From contig JBAYUN010000003.1 of NCBI GenBank assembly GCA_041675085.1, forward strand, positions 28,798 to 92,797: a stretch of 64,000 bases of DNA, written 5' to 3'. This document shows, piece by piece, positions 37,802 through 46,910 of the stretch (the first letter of the stretch is position 1; each line of letters opens with the position of its first letter). The position numbers and the translations under genes are program-made. The DNA is from Minisyncoccota bacterium. GTDB taxonomy: Bacteria; Patescibacteriota; Minisyncoccia; Phycocordibacterales; UBA9973. The notes below the pieces were generated by a model. It saw only the letters and a list, made by a program, of their open reading frames with translations. It was not told the DNA's origin and ran no database searches.

Positions 37802-38812
37802 ATGAATAGCCTAAAAATAGTTAAAACTTGTATCTTATTAATTGCTTTTTTTGGGCTTTTTGTGACTTTTTCTCATACAGCACACGCATTGACTATATCT
37901 CCACCAAGGTTAGAACTTTCAGGTGATCCTGGAGATTTAATTAAAGAGAACTTAACTTTAACAAATGAGAAAAATGTAACTCAGAAATTTTTCTTATCTT
38001 TTGAGAATTTTGAAGCTCAAGGTGAGAGTGGTACACCTTCTTTTGTTGAACCCAAAAGTGGCTTAGGGACTTGGATGTCTGCGGAGCCTTCCGTGTCTTT
38101 GTTGCCAGGGGAGAGTAAGATTATTCCATTTACTATTAAAATACCAGAAAATGCTGAAGCGGGTGGTCATTTTGCTTCTGTCTTTTGGGGTACAAGTCCT
38201 TCTGGGTCTGGTGGTGGTCAGGTTTCAATTGGTGCAAAGGTTGGAACTTTGATTTTACTTTCTGTCTCAGGAGATATCAAAGAAGAAGCTGGTTTATTGT
38301 CATTTAATACTTTAAATAATAAATTTTTCTACAAAACCCTACCTGTTTCTTTTGAATATCGATTTAAAAATGATGGTAATGATCGCATCAAGCCAGTAGG
38401 TAATGCTTTAATTAGAAACACTTTATTTATTCCTACAGAAAAAATTGACGCCAATATATCTCTAGGTAACGTTCTCCCTGGTAGCACTAGAAAGTATGAT
38501 TTCAAATGGTTGGAATATGAACGAGATGCTAATGATGTAAATAGAGAAGGTTATTTTGGTAATTTTATTGATAATATTAGCTATCAGTGGAAGAATTTTG
38601 CAGTCGGTTTGTATTCTGCAAATCTAAAATTAGCTTATGGTATAAACAGTCAGGAGGTATCTAAGACAGTTTTATTTTTTGTATTTCCTTGGGAGCTTGT
38701 TTTGGTTATGCTTTTTTCTTTATTTATCATTTATTTCTTTGGCGGGAAAATTATTCGTAAGTACAATAGATATATTATAGAAAAAGCTAGAAATGGTATG
38801 AAAATATCATAG
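37802..38812 (+). CDS. DUF916/DUF3324-like cell-surface protein with C-terminal TM anchor
   Basis: Signal peptide. LTISPPRLELSGDPGDLIKENLTLTNEKNVTQKFFLSF resembles the DUF916 N-terminal Ig-like block. A C-terminal TM (LVLVMLFSLFIIYFF) is followed by a basic tail. Overall architecture matches enterococcal/lactobacillal WxL-interacting proteins. Confidence 0.35.
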   Translation: MNSLKIVKTCILLIAFFGLFVTFSHTAHALTISPPRLELSGDPGDLIKENLTLTNEKNVTQKFFLSFENFEAQGESGTPSFVEPKSGLGTWMSAEPSVSLLPGESKIIPFTIKIPENAEAGGHFASVFWGTSPSGSGGGQVSIGAKVGTLILLSVSGDIKEEAGLLSFNTLNNKFFYKTLPVSFEYRFKNDGNDRIKPVGNALIRNTLFIPTEKIDANISLGNVLPGSTRKYDFKWLEYERDANDVNREGYFGNFIDNISYQWKNFAVGLYSANLKLAYGINSQEVSKTVLFFVFPWELVLVMLFSLFIIYFFGGKIIRKYNRYIIEKARNGMKIS

Positions 38813-38820
38813 TATTAACT

Positions 38821-39732
38821 ATGGTTAATTATTTTTTTAAAAAAATCATATTAGCTTTACTAATAATTTTATCCTTATTTCCATTTTATGTTATTAGAGC
38901 AGTAGACATTATAGATTCAGATGATGTTGTTGTTAGTGCAAGAGTCATAGACACTAGTATAGTCATTCCTCCAACCCCTACATCTCTGGGTGGTGGCGGG
39001 GCGGTGAATCTTTTTATTCCAAAGATAGGTGTCGCCTTAAGAGGGGAAGCGTATCCAAATGCAAAGATAACATTACTGAAAGGTGGTATTTTTGTTCTTT
39101 CAGTGAATGCTGATAATCGTGGATTTTTTAATATGTCAATTGAAGAAAAGTATGAGAATACAGCTCTCTATACAATTTTTGCCGAAGACTCTGATGGAAA
39201 TAAATCTTTGCTGCTAAATTATCCAGTAGCAGTTTATTCTGGGTATATTACCGAGCTTAGTAATATACGCTTTGCTCCGACCATATCTTTAGATAAATCC
39301 GAAGTTTTAGAAGGTGACTATATTACTATATATGGTTATGCTATGCCTGATAGATCTTTATATGTATCTTTAGATGGCTTAAATCAGAAAAATTTTCTTA
39401 CCAATTCTTTATCAGATGGATCATATAAAATAACCATACCAATGACAGATTTATCAAAAGGTAGTTATAGTTTGAATATTAAATATTTAAATGATACTCG
39501 TATTAGTAAGTTAGTAAAATTTATAATTGGAGATTCTAATAAAAATGTCGAAAATTATCCTCTTGTAATACAAGGTGATTGTAATAAAGATAATTTGATA
39601 AATCTTATAGATTTTTCGGTGATGGCTTTTTGGTACAAGAAAGATAATCCACCTTCATGCGTAGATGTGAATAGTGACAATGTTGTAAACTTAATAGACT
39701 TTTCTATATTAGCTTATTTCTGGACCAATTAA
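38821..39732 (+). CDS. secreted dockerin-domain protein
   Basis: Signal peptide. The C-terminus carries duplicated Ca-binding dockerin loops: GDCNKDNLINLIDFSVMAFWY and VDVNSDNVVNLIDFSILAYFW. Both place D/N/D/N/D at loop positions 1,3,5,9,12. Confidence 0.6.
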   Translation: MVNYFFKKIILALLIILSLFPFYVIRAVDIIDSDDVVVSARVIDTSIVIPPTPTSLGGGGAVNLFIPKIGVALRGEAYPNAKITLLKGGIFVLSVNADNRGFFNMSIEEKYENTALYTIFAEDSDGNKSLLLNYPVAVYSGYITELSNIRFAPTISLDKSEVLEGDYITIYGYAMPDRSLYVSLDGLNQKNFLTNSLSDGSYKITIPMTDLSKGSYSLNIKYLNDTRISKLVKFIIGDSNKNVENYPLVIQGDCNKDNLINLIDFSVMAFWYKKDNPPSCVDVNSDNVVNLIDFSILAYFWTN

Positions 39733-39735
39733 TTT

Positions 39736-40614
39736 ATGAAAAAAAATATTTTTTTAATAATTTGTGCTTTATTTTTTATCCCTCGTGTTCTTTTTGCTTC
39801 TAGTATATATCTTACTGGAGAACAAAATACTAACATCGGAGAATCTTTTAAAGTACTTGTTTCTATTGATTCAGAAAATAATGCTATTAATTCTATTGAT
39901 GCTATTGTGGGTTTTGATTCTAATTTAATTGATTATATTGGTTTTCAAGATAATGAAACTTTATTTAAAAATTGGATCCAAGCCCCGTCTGTATTTGAAA
40001 GTAATAAAATTCAAATGACTGGTATTGTGCCTGGGGGGGTTAGTGGTATTTATAATCCAAATCAAAAAAAACTCGATGATATTCGTGTAGTCTATCTTGT
40101 TTTCAAGTCTAAAAAAACAGGTGTGGCGAATTTTGTTTTTCATAAAAAAGATGTCTTGCAAAATGATGGTTTAGGTAGTCCTCTTTCTGTAGATAGCAAA
40201 AATTTCTCTGTAAATATAAAAGACAATAATTCTCCTACATTTAATTATGACGCATTCGAAGCTCAAAAAAATACAGAAGATACATTGCCACCTTTACCTT
40301 TTATAATTACATTTATACCTGCCCTAAAAGCCTCAGAGACAAATACTATGATTTCTTTTATAGCCGAAGATATTGAGTCTGGTATTAAAGAATATCGCAT
40401 CAAAAAAGGTGGATCTTATGAAGTTGTGACTAGTCCATTAATCGTAAATAAAAGTTTGTTTTCTAAAAAGATAACCATCAGAGCTTATGATTTTAATGAT
40501 AATTTTACTGAATCTCATATTCAGATAGACGGTATTGTGACTTTTTGGCATATAATAATTCTTTTGATTGGATTGTTTTCTTCTAGTCTTTTCGTGCGTA
40601 AATTGCTAAAATAG
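39736..40614 (+). CDS. membrane-anchored cohesin-like domain protein 1
   Basis: Signal peptide. SFKVLVSIDSENNAINSIDAIVGFDSNLIDYIGFQDN ... VVYLVFKSKKTGVANFVF ... NDGLGSPL fits the cohesin beta-sandwich pattern. C-terminal TM FWHIIILLIGLFSSSLFV. Confidence 0.45.
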   Translation: MKKNIFLIICALFFIPRVLFASSIYLTGEQNTNIGESFKVLVSIDSENNAINSIDAIVGFDSNLIDYIGFQDNETLFKNWIQAPSVFESNKIQMTGIVPGGVSGIYNPNQKKLDDIRVVYLVFKSKKTGVANFVFHKKDVLQNDGLGSPLSVDSKNFSVNIKDNNSPTFNYDAFEAQKNTEDTLPPLPFIITFIPALKASETNTMISFIAEDIESGIKEYRIKKGGSYEVVTSPLIVNKSLFSKKITIRAYDFNDNFTESHIQIDGIVTFWHIIILLIGLFSSSLFVRKLLK

Positions 40615-40618
40615 AATT

Positions 40619-41731
40619 ATGTATTTTAGGAATTTTTTAATAATATTCATTTTATTTTTTGGGCTTTTCTTTTCTTTAAACATGGACGCCCTAGCTTCCT
40701 CTTCACTCTATTTTAGTAAACCCCCTATTGTGTCTGAAGGAGACAGACTGACTATCTTTTTAAGAGTAAATTCTACAGATCAATCCATAAATGCTGTCTC
40801 TGGTGTAGTTTCTTTTCCAGAGAATTTATTGCGAGCTGTGTCTGCCTCTAAAGAGTCTAGTATTATTAATCTCTGGACTGGTGAGCCTAAAATAACTAGG
40901 GGTCAAATATCTTTTGAGGGAGTTATTCTTAACCCTGGTTTTTCTGGTAATAATGGACTAGTTTTAAAAATTGTCTTTGAAGCAAAGACTAAAGGAGTCG
41001 CCAATTTAAATTTTACTGAAGGCTCGATTTTGGCTAATGACGGATTGGGTAGTAACGTTTTAGCAGATTTGTCAGGTACGAGTATTAGGATCAATAGTTT
41101 TGTAAAACCGACTGATACTCGTCCTATAAAAGTTGTAGCGGAAGAAAAGACAGAAATAAAGACAGAAAATAAACTTGCAAAATTACCAGTGATAGTAGAA
41201 GCCTCTTCGTCCATAGCCTCAAAAGAAAAGATATACATATCAGGTAAAGGTGAGCCCAACAGTCTTACCAAAATCGTATTCAAAGACGTATCATTGAGGT
41301 CTCTTGGTGAAGAACTTTTGACTCGACTTCAATTCAAGAAAACTAAATTAGATTCTATCTTAGTTAAAAATGATGAATTGGGTAATTTCCAGTACACTAG
41401 TACTTCAAATTTAATAGCAGGAGTTTATAATGCTACCCCTTTTCTTGTCGATGAAAATGAGAGTATCGAGAAACCAGGTCTAGGTACTCAGATTTTAGTT
41501 AGTGATAGTAAAATTGTAAAAAATCTAATTGTATTTATTAACGTACTAGGTCTGTTTATACCGATAGTTATACTCTGTGTTATAATTTACTTTATACCTT
41601 GGTATTCATGGCTTCGAATGAGAATCCTAAAAAAGAAATTAGGGTTAGAAGAAGAGAAGATAGAACTTACTGGTATCAATTTAGCACGTCAAGATAATTT
41701 ACTTAATCAAAATATTAATGAAAAAAAATAA
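40619..41731 (+). CDS. membrane-anchored cohesin-like domain protein 2
   Basis: Signal peptide. DRLTIFLRVNSTDQSINAVSGVVSFPENLL ... LVLKIVFEAKTKGVANLNF ... NDGLGSNV is a paralog of the preceding cohesin-like domain. C-terminal TM LIVFINVLGLFIPIVILCVIIYF. Confidence 0.45.
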   Translation: MYFRNFLIIFILFFGLFFSLNMDALASSSLYFSKPPIVSEGDRLTIFLRVNSTDQSINAVSGVVSFPENLLRAVSASKESSIINLWTGEPKITRGQISFEGVILNPGFSGNNGLVLKIVFEAKTKGVANLNFTEGSILANDGLGSNVLADLSGTSIRINSFVKPTDTRPIKVVAEEKTEIKTENKLAKLPVIVEASSSIASKEKIYISGKGEPNSLTKIVFKDVSLRSLGEELLTRLQFKKTKLDSILVKNDELGNFQYTSTSNLIAGVYNATPFLVDENESIEKPGLGTQILVSDSKIVKNLIVFINVLGLFIPIVILCVIIYFIPWYSWLRMRILKKKLGLEEEKIELTGINLARQDNLLNQNINEKK

Positions 41732-42821
41732 CCTCAATTTTATATTCCTGTTTTTGTCTGTTTTGGCTATAATGATAGTCCCGACATTTTTATTGTCCGC
41801 TCAAAATAGAGATTTATTAACCCCAGAAGAAACTCTTTGGCTTAGCTCTAGAAACAATACTATAGTAGTCTATCCTGAGAAATCTTTTGCTCCTTTTTCT
41901 TATCAGTCTAATTCAGGTACTCCTCTTGGTCTATCTGTCGATTATATAGAATTAATAGCCGAGAAAGTTGGCGCACAGGTAGAATACTTGCCAGCTAAGT
42001 CCCTTGCTCAGATCATAGAAGACGTAAAGCTCGGTAAAGGGGATGTAGTCACTTCACTCATTGATTCTCCTGAGAAACAAGGTCTTCTTTATTTTACTGA
42101 TAGTTATACTGATATATCTTCTGTTGTCGTAACTCGTAAAGATTCCGTTATTAAGAGTGGTATTACTTTAAATGACTTGAACGGCCAAAAAGTAGCAGTG
42201 ACTTCGGGCAGAGCTGTAGAGAATTTCATTGCTAAGAATTACCCTAGAGTTATTATTAGTCCGGTGACAGATGATGAGATAGGTCTACAACAAGTAGTCT
42301 TAGGGGAAGTAGATGCTGCTATTATGGATATTGCCTCTTTGTCTTTTTATTTATCAAAGCAAGTCCTAAGTAGCGTGAAGGTTGTAGGTAATGCAGGTTT
42401 TGAATACAAATTATCTTTTGGTGTACCTAAAGATAAACAAATATTGCAATCAATACTAGACAAAGGTTTGACTCAGATAAGCAAAAATGAAAGGAAGATT
42501 TTTAATGAAAAATGGATAGTGACTCCAGAAGATCAGAAAAATAATTTTTGGAGTATAGCAGGAGCTACTCTTACTAATGATATTTTTCAGTATAATTTTT
42601 TCTTATTGACAATATTTATTTTAGTTATTGTTTTTATAAAGCATAAAGACAATTATAAAAGTCGTTACTATAGATTTCTTAAAAAGAAAGAAGACGTGGA
42701 CGAAGTAGAAGAAGAAGTAGATAAATTAGAAAAAATGAGTGATATGCTAAAAGAAGAATTGGACCATATTAAAGAAACTGAAAATAAATTAAAAGAAAAA
42801 TTAGACTCTATTGAAAAATAA
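41718..42821 (+). CDS. SBP_bac_3 (polar amino-acid binding protein fold) domain protein with C-terminal TM and coiled coil
   Basis: Signal peptide. NTIVVYPEKSFAPFSYQSNSGTPLGLSVDYIELIAEKVGAQVEY matches the GlnH/HisJ-type SBP start. A TM follows (FFLLTIFILVIVFI) and then a charged coiled-coil tail (EELDHIKETENKLKEKLDSIEK). Confidence 0.55.
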   Translation: MKKNNLNFIFLFLSVLAIMIVPTFLLSAQNRDLLTPEETLWLSSRNNTIVVYPEKSFAPFSYQSNSGTPLGLSVDYIELIAEKVGAQVEYLPAKSLAQIIEDVKLGKGDVVTSLIDSPEKQGLLYFTDSYTDISSVVVTRKDSVIKSGITLNDLNGQKVAVTSGRAVENFIAKNYPRVIISPVTDDEIGLQQVVLGEVDAAIMDIASLSFYLSKQVLSSVKVVGNAGFEYKLSFGVPKDKQILQSILDKGLTQISKNERKIFNEKWIVTPEDQKNNFWSIAGATLTNDIFQYNFFLLTIFILVIVFIKHKDNYKSRYYRFLKKKEDVDEVEEEVDKLEKMSDMLKEELDHIKETENKLKEKLDSIEK

Positions 42822-42846
42822 TTTTCAAAATAAGTTATAATATAGT

Positions 42847-44577
42847 ATGACTCAAGAACAGGCGCTACTAATTTTAAAAACTGGAGCCAATGTATTTCTC
42901 ACAGGAGAGCCAGGAGCAGGTAAGACTTATACTATCAATAAATACATAGCTTATCTAAAAGAACATCATATTGATCATTCTATTACTGCGTCTACTGGTA
43001 TTGCTGCGACTCATGTCGGCGGTATGACTATTCATTCTTGGAGCGGGATAGGTATAAAAGAGTTTTTAAGTAAATATGATTTAGACAAGATTTCTACAAG
43101 TGAATATCTGACTCGTCGGATAGTAAAGACCAAAGTCTTGATAATCGATGAGATATCTATGTTACATTCCAATACTTTGTCTATGGTAGATATGGTCTGT
43201 CGTTTGATTAGGCAAAACGATGAACCTTTTGGAGGATTGCAAGTTATCTTTGTTGGTGACTTTTTCCAACTTCCACCTATTAACAAAAAAAGTAATAGAG
43301 AAGAATCTAAAAAAGAAAAAGAAATTCAATTATTTGAAGAAGAAGAAATAGGAGACTTTGCGTATCAGTCTCCAGCTTGGCTCCGGGCGAGTCCTGTTAT
43401 ATGTTATATTCACGAACAGCATCGTCAAGATGATGAAGACTTTTTGGATTTACTACTCTCTATTCGTAGAGGTACTCTCGAAGGTGAGCATTTAGATTAT
43501 CTCAAATCTCGCTTTGTAAAAAGGGAAGAATTCCCTTCAAATGTGACCAAGCTTTTTTCTCACAATCTAGACGTCGATAGAGTAAACACAGATATGCTTT
43601 CAAAAATAGAAGGAGTAGAGAAAAAATTCTTAATGAGCTCTACTGGTAAAGATAATATCGTAGCTACTTTGAAAAAAGGTTGTCTGTCGCCAGAGGTTTT
43701 AGTTTTGAAAAAAGGAGCTATTGTTATGTGTACTAAAAATAATCCCAAAGAACGATATGTCAACGGCACATTGGGCGAGGTGATTGATTTTGACTCTTTC
43801 TCTGGTAATCCTATCATTCGCACTATTTCAGGGGCTCATATTACTATTACGCCACTTGATTGGAGCATAGAAGACAACGGTAAGATTAAAGCCAAAATCA
43901 GTCAGATACCTTTACGGCTCGCTTGGGCTATCACGGTGCATAAAAGTCAGGGTATGAGCATGGATTCGGCTATTATGGATCTATCTTCTGTTTTTGAATA
44001 TGGGCAAGGGTACGTGGCTTTGTCGCGCGTACGTCGTATGTCAGGTTTGTATCTTTTAGGTTTTAACGATATGTCTTTGAAAGTTCATCCGGAAATCTTA
44101 GAGCAAGACAATGATTTTCGCGAGGCGTCAGAAAAAGCCGTTGAGCTTTTCTGTAACATTCCAAATGATGAGATGAAAAAAATGCACAAGAATTTTGTCG
44201 TGGCTATGGGCGGTAAATGGACTGATAAAAAAACTGCAAAAACAAATAAAAATAGTGATAGCAAAAATAATACAGAAGCCGATACAAGTGACTATATAGA
44301 AGATGGAGAGTATCAAGAGCATTCTATCTCTAAGCTTGATAAAATTCGAGAAAAACACACTAACGCTTATAAGAAATGGACCATAGAAGAAGAAGAGAAA
44401 GTAGTATCAGATTTTAAAAAAGGGAAAAGTATTAAAGAGATTGCGAGTATAAACGGACGCCAAGTTGGAGGAATACGTGCTCGGCTTGTTAAATTAGGAT
44501 TAATAGAAGACGATAAAAAATACAAAAAAGAAGACAAGAAAGTGTCTAATAAAAAAGATGAAGAAAACCCATTTTAA
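42847..44577 (+). CDS. Pif1/RecD-family SF1B helicase with C-terminal HTH extension
   Basis: Walker A ANVFLTGEPGAGKTYT. Walker B VLIIDEISML. ITVHKSQGMSMDSAIMDL is the Pif1/RecD motif V-VI region. A C-terminal HTH-like segment reads KSIKEIASINGRQVGGIRARLVKLGL. Confidence 0.65.
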   Translation: MTQEQALLILKTGANVFLTGEPGAGKTYTINKYIAYLKEHHIDHSITASTGIAATHVGGMTIHSWSGIGIKEFLSKYDLDKISTSEYLTRRIVKTKVLIIDEISMLHSNTLSMVDMVCRLIRQNDEPFGGLQVIFVGDFFQLPPINKKSNREESKKEKEIQLFEEEEIGDFAYQSPAWLRASPVICYIHEQHRQDDEDFLDLLLSIRRGTLEGEHLDYLKSRFVKREEFPSNVTKLFSHNLDVDRVNTDMLSKIEGVEKKFLMSSTGKDNIVATLKKGCLSPEVLVLKKGAIVMCTKNNPKERYVNGTLGEVIDFDSFSGNPIIRTISGAHITITPLDWSIEDNGKIKAKISQIPLRLAWAITVHKSQGMSMDSAIMDLSSVFEYGQGYVALSRVRRMSGLYLLGFNDMSLKVHPEILEQDNDFREASEKAVELFCNIPNDEMKKMHKNFVVAMGGKWTDKKTAKTNKNSDSKNNTEADTSDYIEDGEYQEHSISKLDKIREKHTNAYKKWTIEEEEKVVSDFKKGKSIKEIASINGRQVGGIRARLVKLGLIEDDKKYKKEDKKVSNKKDEENPF

Positions 44578-44842
44578 AATTGTAGTCAAAGTATGGCTTT
44601 GGCCGGGACAAGCTGGTTGGCATTTTGCAACCATTGGTGAAGAAATCTCAGAAGTGATATTGCAAAGAGGCATAAAAGGCATGATCCCGATAGAAGCTCA
44701 GATAGGCAAGACCAAATGGCTTACCTCTCTTTTCCCTCATAAAATGTCTAGAGGATATATAATTTGTTTAAAAAAAGACATTCGCAAAAAAGAAGATATC
44801 TTTGCGGGGGATAGTATTAAATTAAGTTTTAAAGTCCTTTAA
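44558..44842 (+). CDS. DUF1905-family small protein
   Basis: WHFATIGEEISEVI...IPIEAQIGKTKWLTSLFP...GDSIKLSFKV follows the DUF1905 (YdeI-like) pattern. Overlaps the helicase 3' end by 20 nt. Confidence 0.4.
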   Translation: MKKTHFKIVVKVWLWPGQAGWHFATIGEEISEVILQRGIKGMIPIEAQIGKTKWLTSLFPHKMSRGYIICLKKDIRKKEDIFAGDSIKLSFKVL

Positions 44843-44862
44843 TAGTTCTTTTAGTAATTCTA

Positions 44863-46413
44863 TTAGTAGTCACGGGGTCGGCCACTTTTTTTACCATCAA
44901 GTCCGTATCTTTTTAGGGCTTCTTCGCGAGCGTGTTCATGTGGCACGATAGGATATATTCTATCTTTATTATCTTCAAATAAATTATTATTTTTTATTTC
45001 ATCTATTTTTTTTAATTCTTTGGTCGTTAAATATTTTGCTAGTTTTTCTTTACCGAGCCATTTTCCTTGATAGATATTTTCGCTATCGTAATTCTCAGCT
45101 TGTAGATAAGGGTTAAATATACGAATAGGTTTCGGGTCGGCTCCTGTACTCGCGCCCCATTGCCAGCCTCCGTTGTTAGACGCCTCGTCGAGGTCTATCA
45201 ACATACAACGGAAATATTCTTGTCCTGCTCTCCAGTCCACTCCTAGATTTTTAGTCAATACCGAAGCGACTATCATGCGAGCGCGATTATGCATGTAGCC
45301 AGTCCGAGCGAGTTCTATCATAGCTGCGTCTACTACCGCATAGCCAGTCTCTCCCTTTATCCAAGCCAAAAATCTCTCATGACTTTTGTCTTTATCTGCC
45401 CATTTTATTCTACGTCGGAATTTCATTTGGAATTCTTCATTCATCAGGTTAGGGTAGTGATAGAATAAATATTTATAAAATTCTCTCCAGATCAGTTCAC
45501 TTATATAATGAGTAGCATCTTCGTGCTTTATAGAGTATGGATTTTCAAAATTAGTATCGTAATGTTTTAATATCATATTTTTGAGCGTCCTACTAGATAG
45601 TAGTCCCCAAGCTAAACCGAGCGACATCTTAGAAGTCTTCTCACGATCCAGATAATCTCTTTCTTTTTTATAGATATCAATATTTTCTTTTAAATACTTA
45701 CTGTATTTTTTAAGAGCAGTATTTTCATCAAAATACCAATTCTCTAAATCCGGCTTATATGGAATTAATTTATCAATATCAAAAGTCTCGCCTAGGGCGT
45801 ATATCTTTCTATTTTTAGAGAATTTTTCCCAGAGTATTTCTTCTTTATTTTCTATTTGATTTTTAAGTTTCTTTAGATTTTCTTTGTCCAAATACTTTAT
45901 ATTTTCTGGATTAACTTTGTCGTATTCTTTTGCTTCTATAAATTCTTGCCAGACTGCGTTCTTGAAAGGAGTAAATATAGAATAGACACTGCCAGTACCA
46001 GACCGAGTATCTTTATCTATTGTCATCATATCTCTACAGACTGTGATATCTATATTTTCTTTTTTGAGTTTTTCGATTTGAGTATAAAAGTCTGGATACA
46101 CGTCTTCGTTTACAAATATTTTGATATCGAAATGCGTAGCCAAGTATTTCAAATACTTAGACCCTTTACCGTGAACCAATAAAAATTCTTTAAAGTTTTC
46201 TCCCCATAGAGGTAGAGCTTTCATTAAGAAATATCGACTTGGATAGCCGAATTGGTATAAAGGATCATTCTTGTACATATAATCCTCAAGTATAAAGACA
46301 GGTAAAAAGGGGATAGTGTGCTCTTTTGAGTATTTTAGAGATTCAGATAAAGCAGGATTATCCCGCAAACGAAAATCTCTCCGTGACCAATAAATAACTA
46401 ATTTATCTTTCAT
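44863..46413 (-). CDS. phr: deoxyribodipyrimidine photolyase / cryptochrome family
   Basis: A photolyase N-terminal alpha/beta domain, then the FAD-binding block GYMHNRARMIVASVL...WRAGQEYF..LIDLDEASNNGGWQWGASTG. Confidence 0.85.
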   Translation of the reverse strand: MKDKLVIYWSRRDFRLRDNPALSESLKYSKEHTIPFLPVFILEDYMYKNDPLYQFGYPSRYFLMKALPLWGENFKEFLLVHGKGSKYLKYLATHFDIKIFVNEDVYPDFYTQIEKLKKENIDITVCRDMMTIDKDTRSGTGSVYSIFTPFKNAVWQEFIEAKEYDKVNPENIKYLDKENLKKLKNQIENKEEILWEKFSKNRKIYALGETFDIDKLIPYKPDLENWYFDENTALKKYSKYLKENIDIYKKERDYLDREKTSKMSLGLAWGLLSSRTLKNMILKHYDTNFENPYSIKHEDATHYISELIWREFYKYLFYHYPNLMNEEFQMKFRRRIKWADKDKSHERFLAWIKGETGYAVVDAAMIELARTGYMHNRARMIVASVLTKNLGVDWRAGQEYFRCMLIDLDEASNNGGWQWGASTGADPKPIRIFNPYLQAENYDSENIYQGKWLGKEKLAKYLTTKELKKIDEIKNNNLFEDNKDRIYPIVPHEHAREEALKRYGLDGKKSGRPRDY

Positions 46414-46470
46414 TTATCTATTTTAGCATATTTAATAAAAATTCTGTTTTATGTTAATCTTGATTTATAT

Positions 46471-46752
46471 ATGAGTTTTTATGCTGATAAGAATAATAAG
46501 TACAAGCAAGTCCCGGAGCTCGTTTTAGACCTGCATGGATACACTACGCTAGAATGCGAAGATGTACTTTTTGATCTTATCAATGAGCGTGAGTATAATC
46601 ATGTCCGTCTAATAGTCGGCAAAGGTAGAAATAGTCAAAACGGTCCAGTTCTGCCTAACTTTGTTAAGAATTATCTAACAGATCGGGATATCCGTTTCAA
46701 TCAATCCAAGCTCCAAGATGGAGGCGAAGGATCTCTCGAAGTATTTTTCTAA
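46471..46752 (+). CDS. Smr-domain protein
   Basis: LVLDLHGYTTLECEDVL...VRLIVGKGRNSQNGPVLPNFVKNYL matches the Smr domain (DLHG...IIHGKG...LK..V). Confidence 0.5.
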   Translation: MSFYADKNNKYKQVPELVLDLHGYTTLECEDVLFDLINEREYNHVRLIVGKGRNSQNGPVLPNFVKNYLTDRDIRFNQSKLQDGGEGSLEVFF

Positions 46753-46760
46753 TTGCGTAG

Positions 46761-46910
46761 ATTAGATTTTATTTGCTTTTTTTATATCATTGTACTATAC
46801 TATTGATAGTATTGATCTTTTAAAAAGTTAAAAAATCAATACATAAAAAATTCGAATATGTTCATGTAATTAAAACATCGCTTGGGGCTCGGAACCTCAA
46901 GCTTTTTTTT
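46761..46910 (+). ncRNA. tandem unit A: promoter-like box plus ~90-nt transcript plus intrinsic terminator (candidate sRNA)
   Basis: Begins atttgctttttttatatcattgtactatact (extended -10-like TGtACTATAcT). Contains the hairpin GTATTGATC...GATCAATAC. Ends GCTTGGGG-ctcggaa-CCTCAAGC plus a T8 run. Unit B at 46911..47050 is a near-identical copy. The call is speculative. Confidence 0.3.
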
